Origin: Chrysomallon squamiferum | Lineage: Eukaryota > Animalia > Mollusca | NCBI GenBank assembly: GCA_012295275.1 | Contig: CM022671.1 | Coordinates: 10,044,001 to 10,108,000, forward strand | Length of the DNA stretch: 64,000 nucleotides | Reading direction: 5' to 3' | Part shown: piece by piece, positions 25,201-48,585 of the stretch | How positions within the stretch are numbered: position 1 is the first letter of the stretch | How the letters are laid out: the number at the start of each line of letters is the position of its first letter | Program-made: the position numbers and the translations under genes | Notes under the pieces: model-generated | Told to the model about the DNA's origin: nothing | Databases searched by the model: none | What the model saw: only the letters and a program-made list of their open reading frames with translations

Positions 25201-28061
25201 AGCTGATTTGAAAAATGGATTCACAAATAAAATATAGAAAGTTATAGTTCAAACATATTCCTGCAACCATTTGTAATGTTTAAAAGTTTCTTGAAACTAT
25301 AGGTAAAAAATAAATTATAATCTTCTTTGTCATTACCACATTCATTGGCATCTTACAAAGGAAAATATGCAATGTATCTGTCAGCCTTTTAAATTTACAT
25401 TGGATAAAAAATTAGATATACTCACATCATGAATCTGGAACAGTCTGATGTGCGACATATGCAGTAGATTGCCTCCCCTTGACCAGCTTCATCACTAGAG
25501 GTCATTTCCATAGCTTTGATCAGCAGATTTAGTTTGGCTTGACGTTCAGGCAGAACAAATTGATGTGCTATGTCATCCTGTTAAATATAACACCTAACAT
25601 TTCAACTCACAATATATTTGTACATGCTAGAAACACATACGCAATTTGAAAAATAATGGCAAAACATTTTAAATGAAATTAAGGTTTTAAAACATACTAT
25701 ATCTTTTCAGCATGTTTTTGTTCACTGTTGTTTTATACTAAAGAAAAAAAGTAAAATATACTGACAACTCATTATCTGAATAAATTAATAAAATGAATGA
25801 ATGAATATTTTATGAAATTACTAAGACAACAGTTGGTAATGTTTAATAATGAAGGTAAACATAAATGTAAATTAATAAATAAATATTTAATGACATTTAA
25901 GTACAATGTGTATTGCATTAGAATAATGTATTAAAAAAACTATCTGCAGCACACTGCATGAAATAAAATAAAAAGTAGTTAAAAAGTAAAAGAAAAAAAG
26001 AAAATTCAATAAAAGAAAATATACATAATAATAATAAAAAAGAGTTCATTTGATGTTTCGTATATTTTGAGAAATATTAACTGTTAACATTTTCTGCTAT
26101 CATATATTTTTATCAGTATTTGGGCAATCAGAGTACTTGTAATAATTACACAGTATTATTTCATTTCTATTTTTATAATTACAGGAACAATTACAGTTGG
26201 AAATGTCATATTATGATTATATCAAAATTTCATTTTTACACTGAAATAATTTTGACCTATCTAGTAATAACATTATTTCTGTAACAATGATTACAAACAA
26301 AGTACGATTTTAACTGGGTTTAGATTATTAATTGCATCTGATAACATCTGGTGTTATTTATTTTTTACACACATGAAAAAATTACACCATGCATTTTGTA
26401 AAACCAGAAGAAAAACAAAGTGAGAAACAAAACACATTATAAGTTTCTTCTTTAACATAAAGATAGAATAAAGAGTACTTAAGTCTAACTTGTTTAAATT
26501 TTATGAATGGTATCACAAATATGGCTTGACATGAAATAACAAATAATGATGTCTAGCTTAAGTACACTTTATTGTAAATGTTATAATTTACATGAATGAA
26601 ATTATGTACAAAAGTATATAATACATAAATACTGACAGAATAGAGGATTATTAATAACCAGTCATGCATTAATGATATAAGAAAATGAAACTAAAAAGTT
26701 TGATACTCTGACAACAACCATAAAGTACTTATGTATAATTGATGGAATTTCATGAGCTCATGTAAACATTTTGTAACATTGATTATTATATTATCACCTA
26801 CAGAATTACAAACTTCTATACACTAACTCAAAATGAAAAATTCCACATCTTTCAAGCAAATAATTTTTAAAAATTAAGCAAATAACAGAAATTAAATTTA
26901 AATATTTAAAAATAAAAAAAATTGTGTTGCATTCTGTCAATGAAAAACCTCTCCTCCTACACACAAGTACTTTATGGATGGTTACTATGAGAAAGTAAAA
27001 ACAATATTAAACATTTATTACACAGCTTTAATTCACCTTTTTGGAATGTTTAGTGAGCAGAGGTTTCTGCTCTTCCTGCAAAAAAGAAACAAGTAATAAA
27101 GGTATTTAAGAATATGTTTATATATGACACACACACAAACACACACACATATTGTAAAAACAAAAATATTCTGTGCTGATGAAAGTAGCAGTTATATACA
27201 TAAAGAAAAGTAAATAATAATACTTATATGATAAATATGAAATTTCAGTTTTCTGTATGAGATGAAGAAACAAGGTGTATTTTCCAACATTCATAATAAA
27301 TTCATGGTAATTGAATATTGCTATAGTGATGTTTATTTACAGTTAATAAACACATCTCAACCCATCCAAACATTACAGTTTGATGACTGAACTAAAAATG
27401 ACTCAGTAACCAAATATTATTATCACATTTATTCAGTTAATAGTACAGTTCATAATCACATTTCTGCAAATGTACTGTTAAAATACTTTAATTTACTCGT
27501 TGGATATATCCTACATTATGGCATATCCAAATGTTCCATATACTGATCTAGTCAGAATAGTAAATGTAGTATTATTATCAATATACAATGATATTAAAAA
27601 ACAAAAACAAAGAATAACATAAAAGAAAGAGAATCTATAGTAAAGATTTTGATGGCAATAGCAGTAACATATTTGTCAAAAAGTATGCTCAGCAATCTTT
27701 CAAATTCTCGGCTTTTGGAAATTTTATATACATGTGAATAAATCTGAAACAAGTAATTTAAAATTGGTGCAGAATACTGATATAATGCAACTTGATATGA
27801 ACTATATGATTGCTCTAGAATATTAGTTTGTCAAGCTAAATATTAATTATAGATATGCTCACAAGACAGCAGAAAATCACTACAGTTTGAATCATGTATA
27901 TGAGACAGAAAATCTGCTGACATTCCAGCAGTCTGAACACAGAACAGATAGTAGATACCAAAAAGATGAACGTACAAGCTGTAAATGACAAATGTGGCTG
28001 CTTCTGACCTTTGTATCAACAAATGAATCCATTCTGTTCCATATATATATATATATTATAT

Positions 28062-28137
<76 letters not shown>

Positions 28138-28782
28138 TAAACTTGTCCATGGAACAATCTATTTTCACGTTTTTACTTTCTGTATCACATTAAGTGATTA
28201 ACATGCTTAATAAAAAAATAAAAATAAAATGTTTATATATTTTAATCTTAAAAATATTATTTAATTATTCATTTATTGTCATGAATATCATTCAGTCACA
28301 TCAATGTCTGTGTCACTCAACTCACAGTGTTAAACTTACAATAATGTGCATGACTACATTACAATTTACAGCATTTTCATTCTTTAGGCTACATAAGTAC
28401 ATTCGTAACACTGTCAGTGTCACTAATCATCTAATCATATTAATGTCTTGAAGTTGAACATCCCAAATGAGCCAGCATCATTAAATACATAAAATGATAA
28501 ATAACATTAATGGTAAAAATTACCGGGAATGGGGAATAGGTACGTACGCTCAAATTATGTATCGTTGCGCTAACATCCAAACCATGCGTGAAATACTAGA
28601 TACGCAGATTGCTATATTAGTTTGAACATAATCCCGCTTGACTAGTCCAGCCACAAACCCAAACACTCGAGTCCAGTTGATCGTAGCAGTCTAATGCTTC
28701 CGGTTACTTTTCCTTTGTAACAGTTAAAAGCATAACTTACGGAATTAGTGGACAGATTTGTTCCAATATCGCTGTCAGTCAT
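19205..28782 (-). CDS. CXXC1: CXXC-type zinc finger protein 1 (CFP1, SET1/COMPASS subunit), 16 exons, ~599 aa
   Basis: Exons in transcript order: 28741-28782, 27037-27075, 25426-25577, 24797-24897, 24506-24621, 23849-23938, 23457-23525, 23262-23335, 22703-22757, 22194-22325, 21681-21853, 21133-21340, 20694-20801, 20185-20328, 19514-19666, 19205-19348 (1800 nt, ends TAG). PHD finger YCICRTSDCSRFMIGCDNCEEWYHGDC; CXXC finger CGECNAC...[38 protein letters not shown]...RIYEILPSRIQQW; C-terminal FESQTSFGS...YCKRLKVLCPEH...WEKLRRAEIDMER. Confidence 0.95.
24085..24310 (-). mobile_element. Decayed tRNA-derived SINE in CXXC1 intron 5
   Basis: The minus strand reads TAGCTTAGTGATAGAATACTC (decayed tRNA A-box, cf. 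TAGCTCAGTGGTAGAGCGCTC), then GGATTAGTCC (B-box-like), then a body resembling a recalled gastropod SINE. Confidence 0.5.
28041..28135. repeat. (TA)n microsatellite
   Basis: Seen directly; CXXC1 intron 1. Confidence 0.9.
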
Positions 28783-29184
28783 TGTTTTGCCGATTTTAAT
28801 AAAATTGCTTTATTTATGCCCCGCTTGAACTACAAAACTTGACACAGATTTATGCAAGCAATTGTAAACGTAAAACGTCATCGAATTGTGCGGTCAATTT
28901 TTCTTTCGTTTCGATAATCCTATTTTTCAACAAACCTCTCTCGCATAAGACAAAAGTAAATAAAATAAATATTTCTATTGTTTTAATATCCTTTATTTAC
29001 TTGTGTAAAATATTAATATAACAGGGAAAATATGGCTGAAGAAAAATTAATTTAATAGCACCACTTTTCTCGTTGAATTACAAGATGTCCGAACTGTGGT
29101 ACAAGACCTTGGTTGGGAGGAAATGATGAGTTATCTTCCGTGATTTCTTACTTCATATCTTGTACTTTGTCATTTGAATGAGAC
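28783..29184. promoter_or_regulatory. Shared bidirectional promoter of CXXC1 and DNM1L
   Basis: Divergent ATGs at 28782 (-) and 29185 (+) are separated by 402 bp. CpG-rich patch ~28520-29600 sits inside CpG-poor flanks. ETS-like CTTCCG at 28697 and 29136; YY1-like AAAATATGGC (~29027) and CAAGATGTCCG (29081). Confidence 0.75.
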
Positions 29185-39169
<9,985 letters not shown>

Positions 39170-40072
39170 TGTTAACAAGACACCTCTGCTTTGATGTATA
39201 TTTATTACATTGTGTTCCATCTGGCATGTTTCTGTTGCCATGGTGACTTGTACAGACAAATGTCTTTTGGTGTTGCCACCTCACTGTGGATTCAGACAAT
39301 AGTTAATTCTAGGGTGTGACTGAGCCGTGTATGCCAGAACAAAGCATTAGTTTCTTTATGATAGTTCATATATCTATATGTGTATGTCAGAACATTGCTA
39401 AGCTGGAAGGGAAGCATCGAATTCATGACAGAAAGAAAACTGAGCTGTTGGTGTGTGTAACGTACATTATCTTGAATAATCGGAGCACATTAAATATTCA
39501 GTATTCCATATGTTTTAAATACATCACTTACTTATGTTTTCATATCACTCCTAAATATCAAAACTTGAATAAAAAAGCTGAGCTTTGTAAACATTGAGAA
39601 ATTTAATAAAATGTATTAGTCGTGTTCCTCTCTATGGTATTTGATAAATGTTAATATTCCATTAGTAGAAAGATATTAGTTCTGCATTTTGTGATTTTTT
39701 GGACGACGATCTCTAAATTTATTATGTCTTAGATGTTATGGTTTTGTAGAGTTTGATTTTAAATTGGTTTTTTTTAAAATTATTTTCACAATATATGACA
39801 TGAGAATTTTGCAGTGTTTTGAGAAAGAAAAGACATTTTACTGTGCTGGATACATAGTGGATTTAACGTGGAATGTTTTATATAATTAGTTTTTGTTCAT
39901 TTGTGTTCACTTTTTTTTTAACATGGTGTATATTTATTCTGAAAAATAAATTAATCTGGTTTCATTCTTATTTTCCCTTCTTTTTTTTTTTTTGATTTCT
40001 GAATGTATTTTTAAACTTTATGATAGAATTTAACAATTTGTTTTTTGTACATATATATATTAATTTTCATTA

Positions 40073-40106
<34 letters not shown>

Positions 40107-41789
40107 GAAATGCCACTTTCAAAGAATTAAAAAAAAATACATTTTTTTTAAAAGTATTTGTAATTTTCAGGGCACTTCTAAAATAAGCAATTATACAATC
40201 TTACTTTTTTTATTACTACAGTAAGAAAATTTACATATATTAATTTATTTTGTATAATATTTGCTTTCACTGCTTTTTGTCAAGCCTGTTTTTGTGTTAT
40301 GTATGCGCACAGATAAATATATACTGACAATACAAGAATAATTAAAAAAGGCCTGTAGTTTGATGATCTGTATAAATATTTTTTCCTGATTATATATTTA
40401 AACATGTTTGTGTAAATTTTCCATGTAGAATGTTTATGATACATAATAAAATCTCTAAACGTGATTTCAAATGAATTTTTTGTTTTTGTTGTAAATGCAT
40501 TCCCCAGTTATGCTGTCAGGTTTAAAAATAATTTTGTCCCATATCTAATGTTACTTTATCTGTTTATCTGCCCTATATAGTTTTCAGATAGAAAAAAATA
40601 AATATTAAAAGTATTGAATTTAATTGCTGTGAATATGTGTGAATGTGTGTGAAACAAGTATTAATGAACATAGTGATGTGCAGTTCTAATCAAAGTTTTG
40701 TTGTTAGATTTTTTTTTGCTGGAGGGTATGTCCACAAAATATCAACACATCTGTCTTTTTCAGTTTGAATTTGCATAAGAAAAAGATAAAAATAATTATA
40801 TTGAAAAAAACAAACATTTTAAATGTCTCCCCAAATTTTCTAATTTCTGACATTAGAAACAGTGGTTTGTGTGTGTAAATAAATGAAACCATAAATCAAT
40901 AAAAGTTCAGAAAAAAAAGTGTTTAGTATTAAATACTAATCCATTTTTGGGGTAATACAATTCAGCCTCTCTTTATTCAGCTAAGTTGTAAGAAGTAATA
41001 TTTTCTGAACTAGAATGTATTTTAATTTATAAAATGTAATTCAAATAGTACTGTAGTGATTTTATGTAAAAGAATTCTTATTTCATAAGCAGTTTATATC
41101 ATACTTTGTATTTTCAAAGAAATTAATCAATTTTTATTTATTAATGTTTGTATTATCATTAAAATGCTTCAGATGCTAAAGAAATTTTTTTTTTATCAAT
41201 ATTTCTAAAAAACATTATACATATTTTTTTATATTAAGTTCTTTATTAGATAAGTAACAGTTGGTTTTCATATTACAAATAATCAAAAATAATGTGAATG
41301 TTGGAAACCAGATTACATTTTTTTTCATTTTAATTTGTAATGTCATCATTTTCTTTTATAATGTAATTTATGATAAGGTAGTTTAATATTAAGAAATTGC
41401 ATTATAATTTTTGAGTATTTAAGAACTATTATCTTGAATATCTTGTACATGTTTAGCAATTAATGTTTAGTTATTAATATTCTAGAAAAGTATCAAATTT
41501 CAGGGCTGCATTATAGGATACTGTATAATTTTTCCTTTTATTTTTGATTAAATTATTTATATATTTCAGCAATGTAATCTTCAAACCTAGTAAAAGTACA
41601 CACATACCAGACCATTTATCTTGTTCTTGGGGCTGCAAAAGTTCTGTGTTTCTGATTTTCAGGACCAAGGCTCAACATATATTTAAAAACATAAAATAAA
41701 CAGTGAAAAGTAATGAACAGAACAGCATTTAACAGTTTGCAGATTAATATCCTTCCAAAGCTGGATAAATGATCTTGTTATGTTGTATT

Positions 41790-42250
41790 GATGTATAAAA
41801 GCATTATTCTGTATATTTTAGCATAGTAATATTGCATATTTCTAGAGCATTTTACAACACTGTAGTCTATATTGTATATTAGTAGTAGTAAAATCTTTAC
41901 ATTACACTAGTAGTTTAGAATATTTTCTTATACATTATAGTTGTGTATTATTAGCAGAATCTTTACAACATTGTGTATATGAAATTTTGTTGGTAGAACA
42001 TGTCATATTCAGTGCAACATTTTGAAAATGAATGTATTACGTATTGTTACACACCATCATAATCCAAAAATCATGTTTATTTGCATCAGCATTCTTTATA
42101 ATACAAGTCATGTAGAATACTGTGTATTTACAGTAGAATTTTGTTTGTTGTAACAGTTATACAGAAAGCTGCGTATTTCTAGTTGAATTCTGTGCATTGC
42201 AACAATTTGTTTAGAATATCTTATATTTAAAGTACTTTACAGATTATTTC
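41790..42250. repeat. Highly degenerate ~30-bp minisatellite
   Basis: Recurring agcagaatctttacaacattgtgtatatt-like units (e.g. ~41843, ~41886, ~41953). Confidence 0.35.
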
Positions 42251-43199
42251 TATTACTGATTGTAAATTTTGTTTTGCATGTCTGTGTATTAAATTATATT
42301 TTTGAATTAGAATGATAGTGTAATTAAAATTACTGTGCATTGAGTTTTTTGTTCTTTCTTTTTTTCTTGTTGTCACAACTGTATCAGGTACAACTTACAC
42401 ATTTTTTTTTTTTTTAAATAGCTATCTGCAGTAGATAGCTTTTGTTTTCTCAGTGCTGATAACATAGGGAAACAAAGGATCTTGTAAATTCTGAATACAG
42501 CATAAACAAACATTTTTTATGTTGTTTGTTTTCTGAGAAGGCTAGAACTATTAAGAGTATTTATTTCCTTTTATTTTGATTATTTGGCACTTCATATTTG
42601 CCCTTAAACATGTTTTGTTATTCAAAGCAATTAGTGATTTGAAATCATGTTCATCAGAAAAATGTTCTGACAGGAAGTTTGGTGAATTTTTTCATGTTTT
42701 CTGGAAAACATCTTGGTTGTTTAGATTTTCTAATCCCACAGTATAATGACTAATCAGTAAATGAGTATTACTTTTTTATCTTTATGATGAGCTGCTTGAC
42801 TGTGGTTTGGAATTTACTGTGCCTCTAGGTTTATATCTTACTGAAGTTTTAACAGCTGTGGTAATGCACAGATCTGTATTTTTAAATATTCAGAACATAT
42901 TGTACATTTACTGGATATAAAATGATTTTACTGTTACCCAAACAATTTTTGTTTTTTCCATCACAAAGCATATTAACTTAGAAGACATTATTCCACTAAA
43001 ACTACAAATAACTAAATACATGCACAAATAAAACAACAATGAAACATGAAATAAAACATGAAGTGTTAAAGAATATTTCTACCCCCAGAGGAACAGCAAC
43101 AGAAAATGCCAAAAGAAATAAGAAAAATGTTAAAAATTAAGTTTAGAAATTAAGGACCACAATTTAATATGATCAGTCAAATGGGATACCCTGTAACTA

Positions 43200-44620
43200 T
43201 CATGCTCCTCTGTCACTTTATGGTTTAAGAGATAAAACACATTTTCTCTTACTGACATACTCTAAATGTTGATACTGCTTTATTATGAAAAAACGAGGGA
43301 TAACAGTTTCATAGAATATCATAAAAAGGTATGGGATGAGGATATATTTTACAGTAAGTCAAATGCTGGTAATTCCAGTGGAGTAGTTATTTTGGCTTCT
43401 AAAGTATATAAAATAATGTAACATCTGTGTGAAGTAATGAACAAGGAAGGTGTCTGAAAATATGTATGAACTTCTATGATAAAAAGATAAATGTATTTAG
43501 AGTAGCTGCATTTTAATAAGAGTACTTCAATATTTTTAAAATAATTCTGGTAATGCTGTAATTTAACTGATATTTGTTCCTACAAACATTTAAATAAAAT
43601 ATTTTATACTTGAAAGTAGAACTGAATAAAAAATTTGTAGTAGAATCACAATTCACAAAAAGATGTTAATAGTTAAACAGACAGCTTTTAATGTATAAGA
43701 AGTAGAAAGAGGACCTGGTGTGTGTATTTTAAATAATTTATTATTAAAGGATTTAGAAGCGAACAGCAAACTGAAAGAAATTTTAAAACATGCTACTAAT
43801 GATCCTTTCAATGATAATAATACTTCAGTACAGGGTGGAACAATTTAAAATATAAAAATAAAAAATATGCCAAAGACTACTGCACTGAAAAATGTCAGAT
43901 AGAAAATAAAATTTATGGGGATTTACATAATAAATTAAAAAAAGAATATAATATAGCATCAAAAAACAACCATGACTATAATTGAAGAACTGATAGAAAT
44001 AAATTAAAATTTTTGAAACAAATAAATTTCAAGGAGCTATTTAAGATCAAGCTGTGGATTTTCATGAAAATGCAAGTTATTATTCATTTAAGAAAATATA
44101 AATAAAATAAAAGTATTATGACCATTTTTAATGAGACATTACCTGTTTTAGAAGAAGAAATCAGATTTTATTCTAATCTGAATATGAAAGAAGAAATTGA
44201 TCAAAATGAAACAGATACATTATTAGATCTAATTAAAAATTTTATTACAGAAGAAAATAAAAACAACTAATAAAAATGTCTTAAAGAATTACATGATGTG
44301 TTGAAAGGTATGTCTAGAAATAAATCTAATGGGTCAGATGGATTAGGCACAGAATGTTATCTTCATTTTTGGAAAACAATTAGTCCCTTGAATTTAAAGT
44401 TATTAAAAACATTGATAAAAATGAATTATCAAGAAATACAAAGGCTAGTATTATTATTATTATTTTTTTTTTTAATACGGTGATAAAAGATTTTTGAAAA
44501 ACTTGGACCAATTTTAGCCATTTTTAGCAATAAGAGACATTATACAAGACAATTTTCAGTGAATTTGAGAATATACCATTTATTTACAAAATACTGAGTT
44601 TGAGAAAGCCTTCAGTATAA
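43200..44620 (+). mobile_element. Decayed L1/Tx1-clade non-LTR retrotransposon ORF2 remnant (APE endonuclease to RT start)
   Basis: Frameshifted and stop-interrupted segments in the expected order: IFYSKSNAGNSSGVVIL (endonuclease), ERGPGVCILNNLLLKD (RGPGxWKLNxSLL-like), KFQGAI, ELHDVLKGMSRNKSNGSDGLGTECYLHFWKTISP (KSPGxDG motif; ORF 44298-44483), GDKR..KxWRPI-like. Confidence 0.8.
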
Positions 44621-45156
44621 TGACTTTTTATTTATTTATTTATTTATTTATTTACTTTATTATTTTTATTAATATTATTATTTTTATTATTTATTTGTTT
44701 TTTTTTTTTTTTTGTTGTTGTTGTTCTTCTAGAAAAAAAATATATTTATAAATCTGGTTCTGAATATACAGGGTATGGAAAAAATGGCACCTTATTTATT
44801 TTTTCTGTATTGTTGCTTTAAAAAAACAACTTAAAAGTACTTTTGAATACACAATTTATTTATGCAATATTCTTACATATGTATATTAATATAATAGCAT
44901 CACTCACCCACTAGGTTTTGCTTAACAAAGTACAGTATTATATCAGAGTTTAATATCAGACATATATACATATAGACACACATACAAATATATATCTATA
45001 TATATATATATATATATACATATACATACAAACATATGCACACAAACACACATACATATATGTATGCTTTCATACACGTTCATACAAATGCACCTAATGT
45101 AAATACACATACCACAGTTAAAATATCCAGTCAATTCAAACATAGTATAAGATTAG

Positions 45157-45190
<34 letters not shown>

Positions 45191-46086
45191 CATATCTTAA
45201 GCTATGTTTGAATTGACAGAATCATATTCTGGACAATATTTTCAGTATATGCGTAATCAAGTGGCTGAGTGTTGCTATATATTAATATAAATGATTGTAA
45301 CAATACTGCATAAATCTGCAGTGCCATTTCTTCTTGGTGCTGTTTTTTCCTACATCCGAATATACAGAGCTATATCAAGGACTGTTAAGTGTAATGATCA
45401 TTTATCTAATTCATTTAAATTAAACATTTTGTTAGACAAGGTTGCCAGTTATTTGCTATTTATATTTCATAGTCAAACTTTTTATTAAAGCATTTAAATA
45501 TTGAGAAAAAAAAAAAAAAAATTATAATGTTATCTTTAATTAGTCCACATGCTGATGCTGTAAACGTAACATTAAAAGATGATTGGTCTGTTGTATATAT
45601 TTCAATACTATGCCTGTTCAGAGGCAAAAGTCAACATTTACAAATAAACCAGAATTATCATTACTGAATGTAGAGCAAGCAGTCTGAACTGGAGAGCACT
45701 GCCTTTATTCCGTTACAAATAAAGCATGATGCTATGCACATGCAAGGTGTATTTCTCAGGCCAAACAAAGAAATATGTTACATTTATAACTAGCAAGAGA
45801 AATTAAACAGAACAGAAAATATTTTGACTATGAGGAAAATGCGTAATTTGACATTAGATGATAGGTCTGTATAGACCTTTTAGGATCACAAATTTGATGT
45901 ATTTTAAATGTACAACAAATTCCAAACTGGGCAAAAATAAAATGAAACAATTTAATTTTGGATTTTTTTACGGAAAGAATATATTTGTTTTCAAATATAC
46001 ATAATAACTGGAAAAGCTAATAAAGATTTTAAGTTCCATGTGTTCACTTGAAAGACAAAGCTTTTAAATTAAACAGATAAAATAAA

Positions 46087-46089
<3 letters not shown>

Positions 46090-46144
<55 letters not shown>
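46090..46144. repeat. (AAT)n microsatellite
   Basis: Seen directly. Confidence 0.9.
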
Positions 46145-46146
<2 letters not shown>

Positions 46147-47820
46147 CTGAAAATGTAAATCTATGCGGAAATATTTACTCACTTATTTTCTTTTACGATA
46201 CAGTAATATGCAATATAAAGAAACTGTTTTTGTTGGGAATCACGACAAACGTGGTTTATTTTATGTTCACTATTTCCAATTTATGCAAATGAAAATAGAA
46301 GTCTTCAGCCGACTATGTTAGAACAAACATTTACAGAACCATTGTTTTATTAACGATTTAATAAGGTTTAATAATGCATTTATCAAATGTGATATTTTAT
46401 GTAAAATTTATAGCATTACTTATTGTTATTCGACAGCATTCTTACCATGACAAGCAATTATTAAAATATTTTATATGTTTATTTTCTTGAAATTCAATTT
46501 AAAAAAATAAAAAACACAGTAAATATTACCAGTTTGTACAATGTTACAAGAATGGAAAAATGTAATTGAAGTTGAAACGTTATATAAAAGTTTCTTTTGA
46601 AAATCTTTTATTCTTTAGAAAAGGGAGTAATACAGAATCATTTCCAATGTTCATTTCCAAATTTTGTTATACAATGTTAGTTGACAAATGTTTTGAAAAC
46701 CCAGTACCAATAAAATTTTGGGAAACTATTACAGTACTGATATAATATTGATAATGGAAAGATATGGGCAGAAATATTCATTCAAATCATACAACAAATG
46801 TACTGATCTTGATTTTAAATTAATATAATATTCTGTGGCCCAAAAGATTGTTTACTAGAAAAAAATATATTTTCATGGAACACATCCAAGCTGGACAATA
46901 AAAAAACAAAAAAAACAAAGAATAAAAAAAGGAAACAAGATTTAAATTTGAGACTACATCTGACTGCAATATTAAAATGTCAATGAAATTTCCTGGATAC
47001 TTTTATATGTTTATTGAAAATATTTACTTTTATTAAAGAATGAAACTTTTAAATGTGTGAATGCATTTAGGTTACCTATTCATGCCAAAATCAGTTCACT
47101 TTTTAACATGCAGCTGATGATAACTAAGTATCTTTTTATTGATAACATGAAATGCCTGATGTGATGTATTTTCTTTTAATTTATTTTTTAAAATTTATTC
47201 AGAAATCATATTTATAATAAGAGAAAGGAGGTCCAGTAGTTTCATTTGTGGAGCTTTGCAGCTGTACATATTTAAACAATTTTATTGTTAATTATTAGCT
47301 TGATTCTACATTTTAATTTAAATGAAATAATTACAGATGAAATGAGGCACTTTAAAGTCATACACAGAAAATAAATGTCTAGGATTCCATGATACCTGAA
47401 ACAGAAAACAACATTGTTGAACAATAACAAACTACTACTACCACACAAGCGCAGTTATTTTGTATCTCTACATTTAAATATAATACACATGCATGCCATT
47501 TTATTAATTCTTTAATGTATAATTTATACTCTGTTTCCTGAACAGCAGGTCAGTCATTCACTATCCAAAATTGTTGTAGACAGATTTAAATAGTCTTCAA
47601 GATTTGAAAATTGTAATTGATACAGATGTAGGCAATATGTAATTATATAAGTTATGTTTTAGTGAAAAAAGGAAAAATAAAGAAATAAAGAAATGTAAAC
47701 AAAGAAACAAAATAAACCAAAAAAAGCAAATAAAAATAGTTTGAGTCTGGGATAATGGGCTGCTGGCCTTTGCTGACATAAATTACTGACAAAAACATAT
47801 AACAATCTGGAACTTACAAA

Positions 47821-48540
47821 TCATCCAGCATCATCTATTTCAGAGGGGTCTGGGTAGTCTATCACAACCAAATCATCAGGAGCAACAGAATTGGAGCTGG
47901 CAAGTGTCTGAAACAATGAAAAAACAATTCTCTCTTACTTACTAAAATCATAAATAGACTCAGTGTGTCGTGAGGATTTAAAATTATTATTATTATTATT
48001 TTTATTAATGTTGTCTATATTATTATTAATGTTGTCTATATTATTATTGTTGTTGTTAATTTTACTGTTATTATTTATTATTATTGTTGTTGCTTTGTTC
48101 TGGTTATTTATTTATTCTGTTTATAAACTAGTTTTCTTCAGTTTCAAAGTGACAGCTTTCTCTTTTTTCTGAAAGGTATTCAATACCTTTTAATTTAATA
48201 ATTAAATGTACATGTCGTTGTGAGAAGAAAACTTGATGACAAACTTACATCAAGTGAGATGGATTTGGATCTCTGGGCACACATAACAGCATGATGGATT
48301 GTGGCACAAACATGTCTCCTGTGAATGTGTTGATAAATTCCTGATTTCTCCAGCATCACTCTTACATCAGCTGTCAATAATAATAATAATAATAATAATA
48401 GTAGTAGTAGTAGTAATAATATTATAATAGTAGTAGTAATAATAGTATAGTGATGATGATGGCAATGATGATAATAAAATAATATTTAGTTATTGACAAG
48501 GCTTTATAGTTTATGAAACATCTTAATACCGGTTGTTCAA

Positions 48541-48585
<45 letters not shown>

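Noticed and set aside
44768-44940. TA|CAGGGTATGGAAAAAA Tc1-like terminus
   Set aside because: No matching second TIR found; too little to call.
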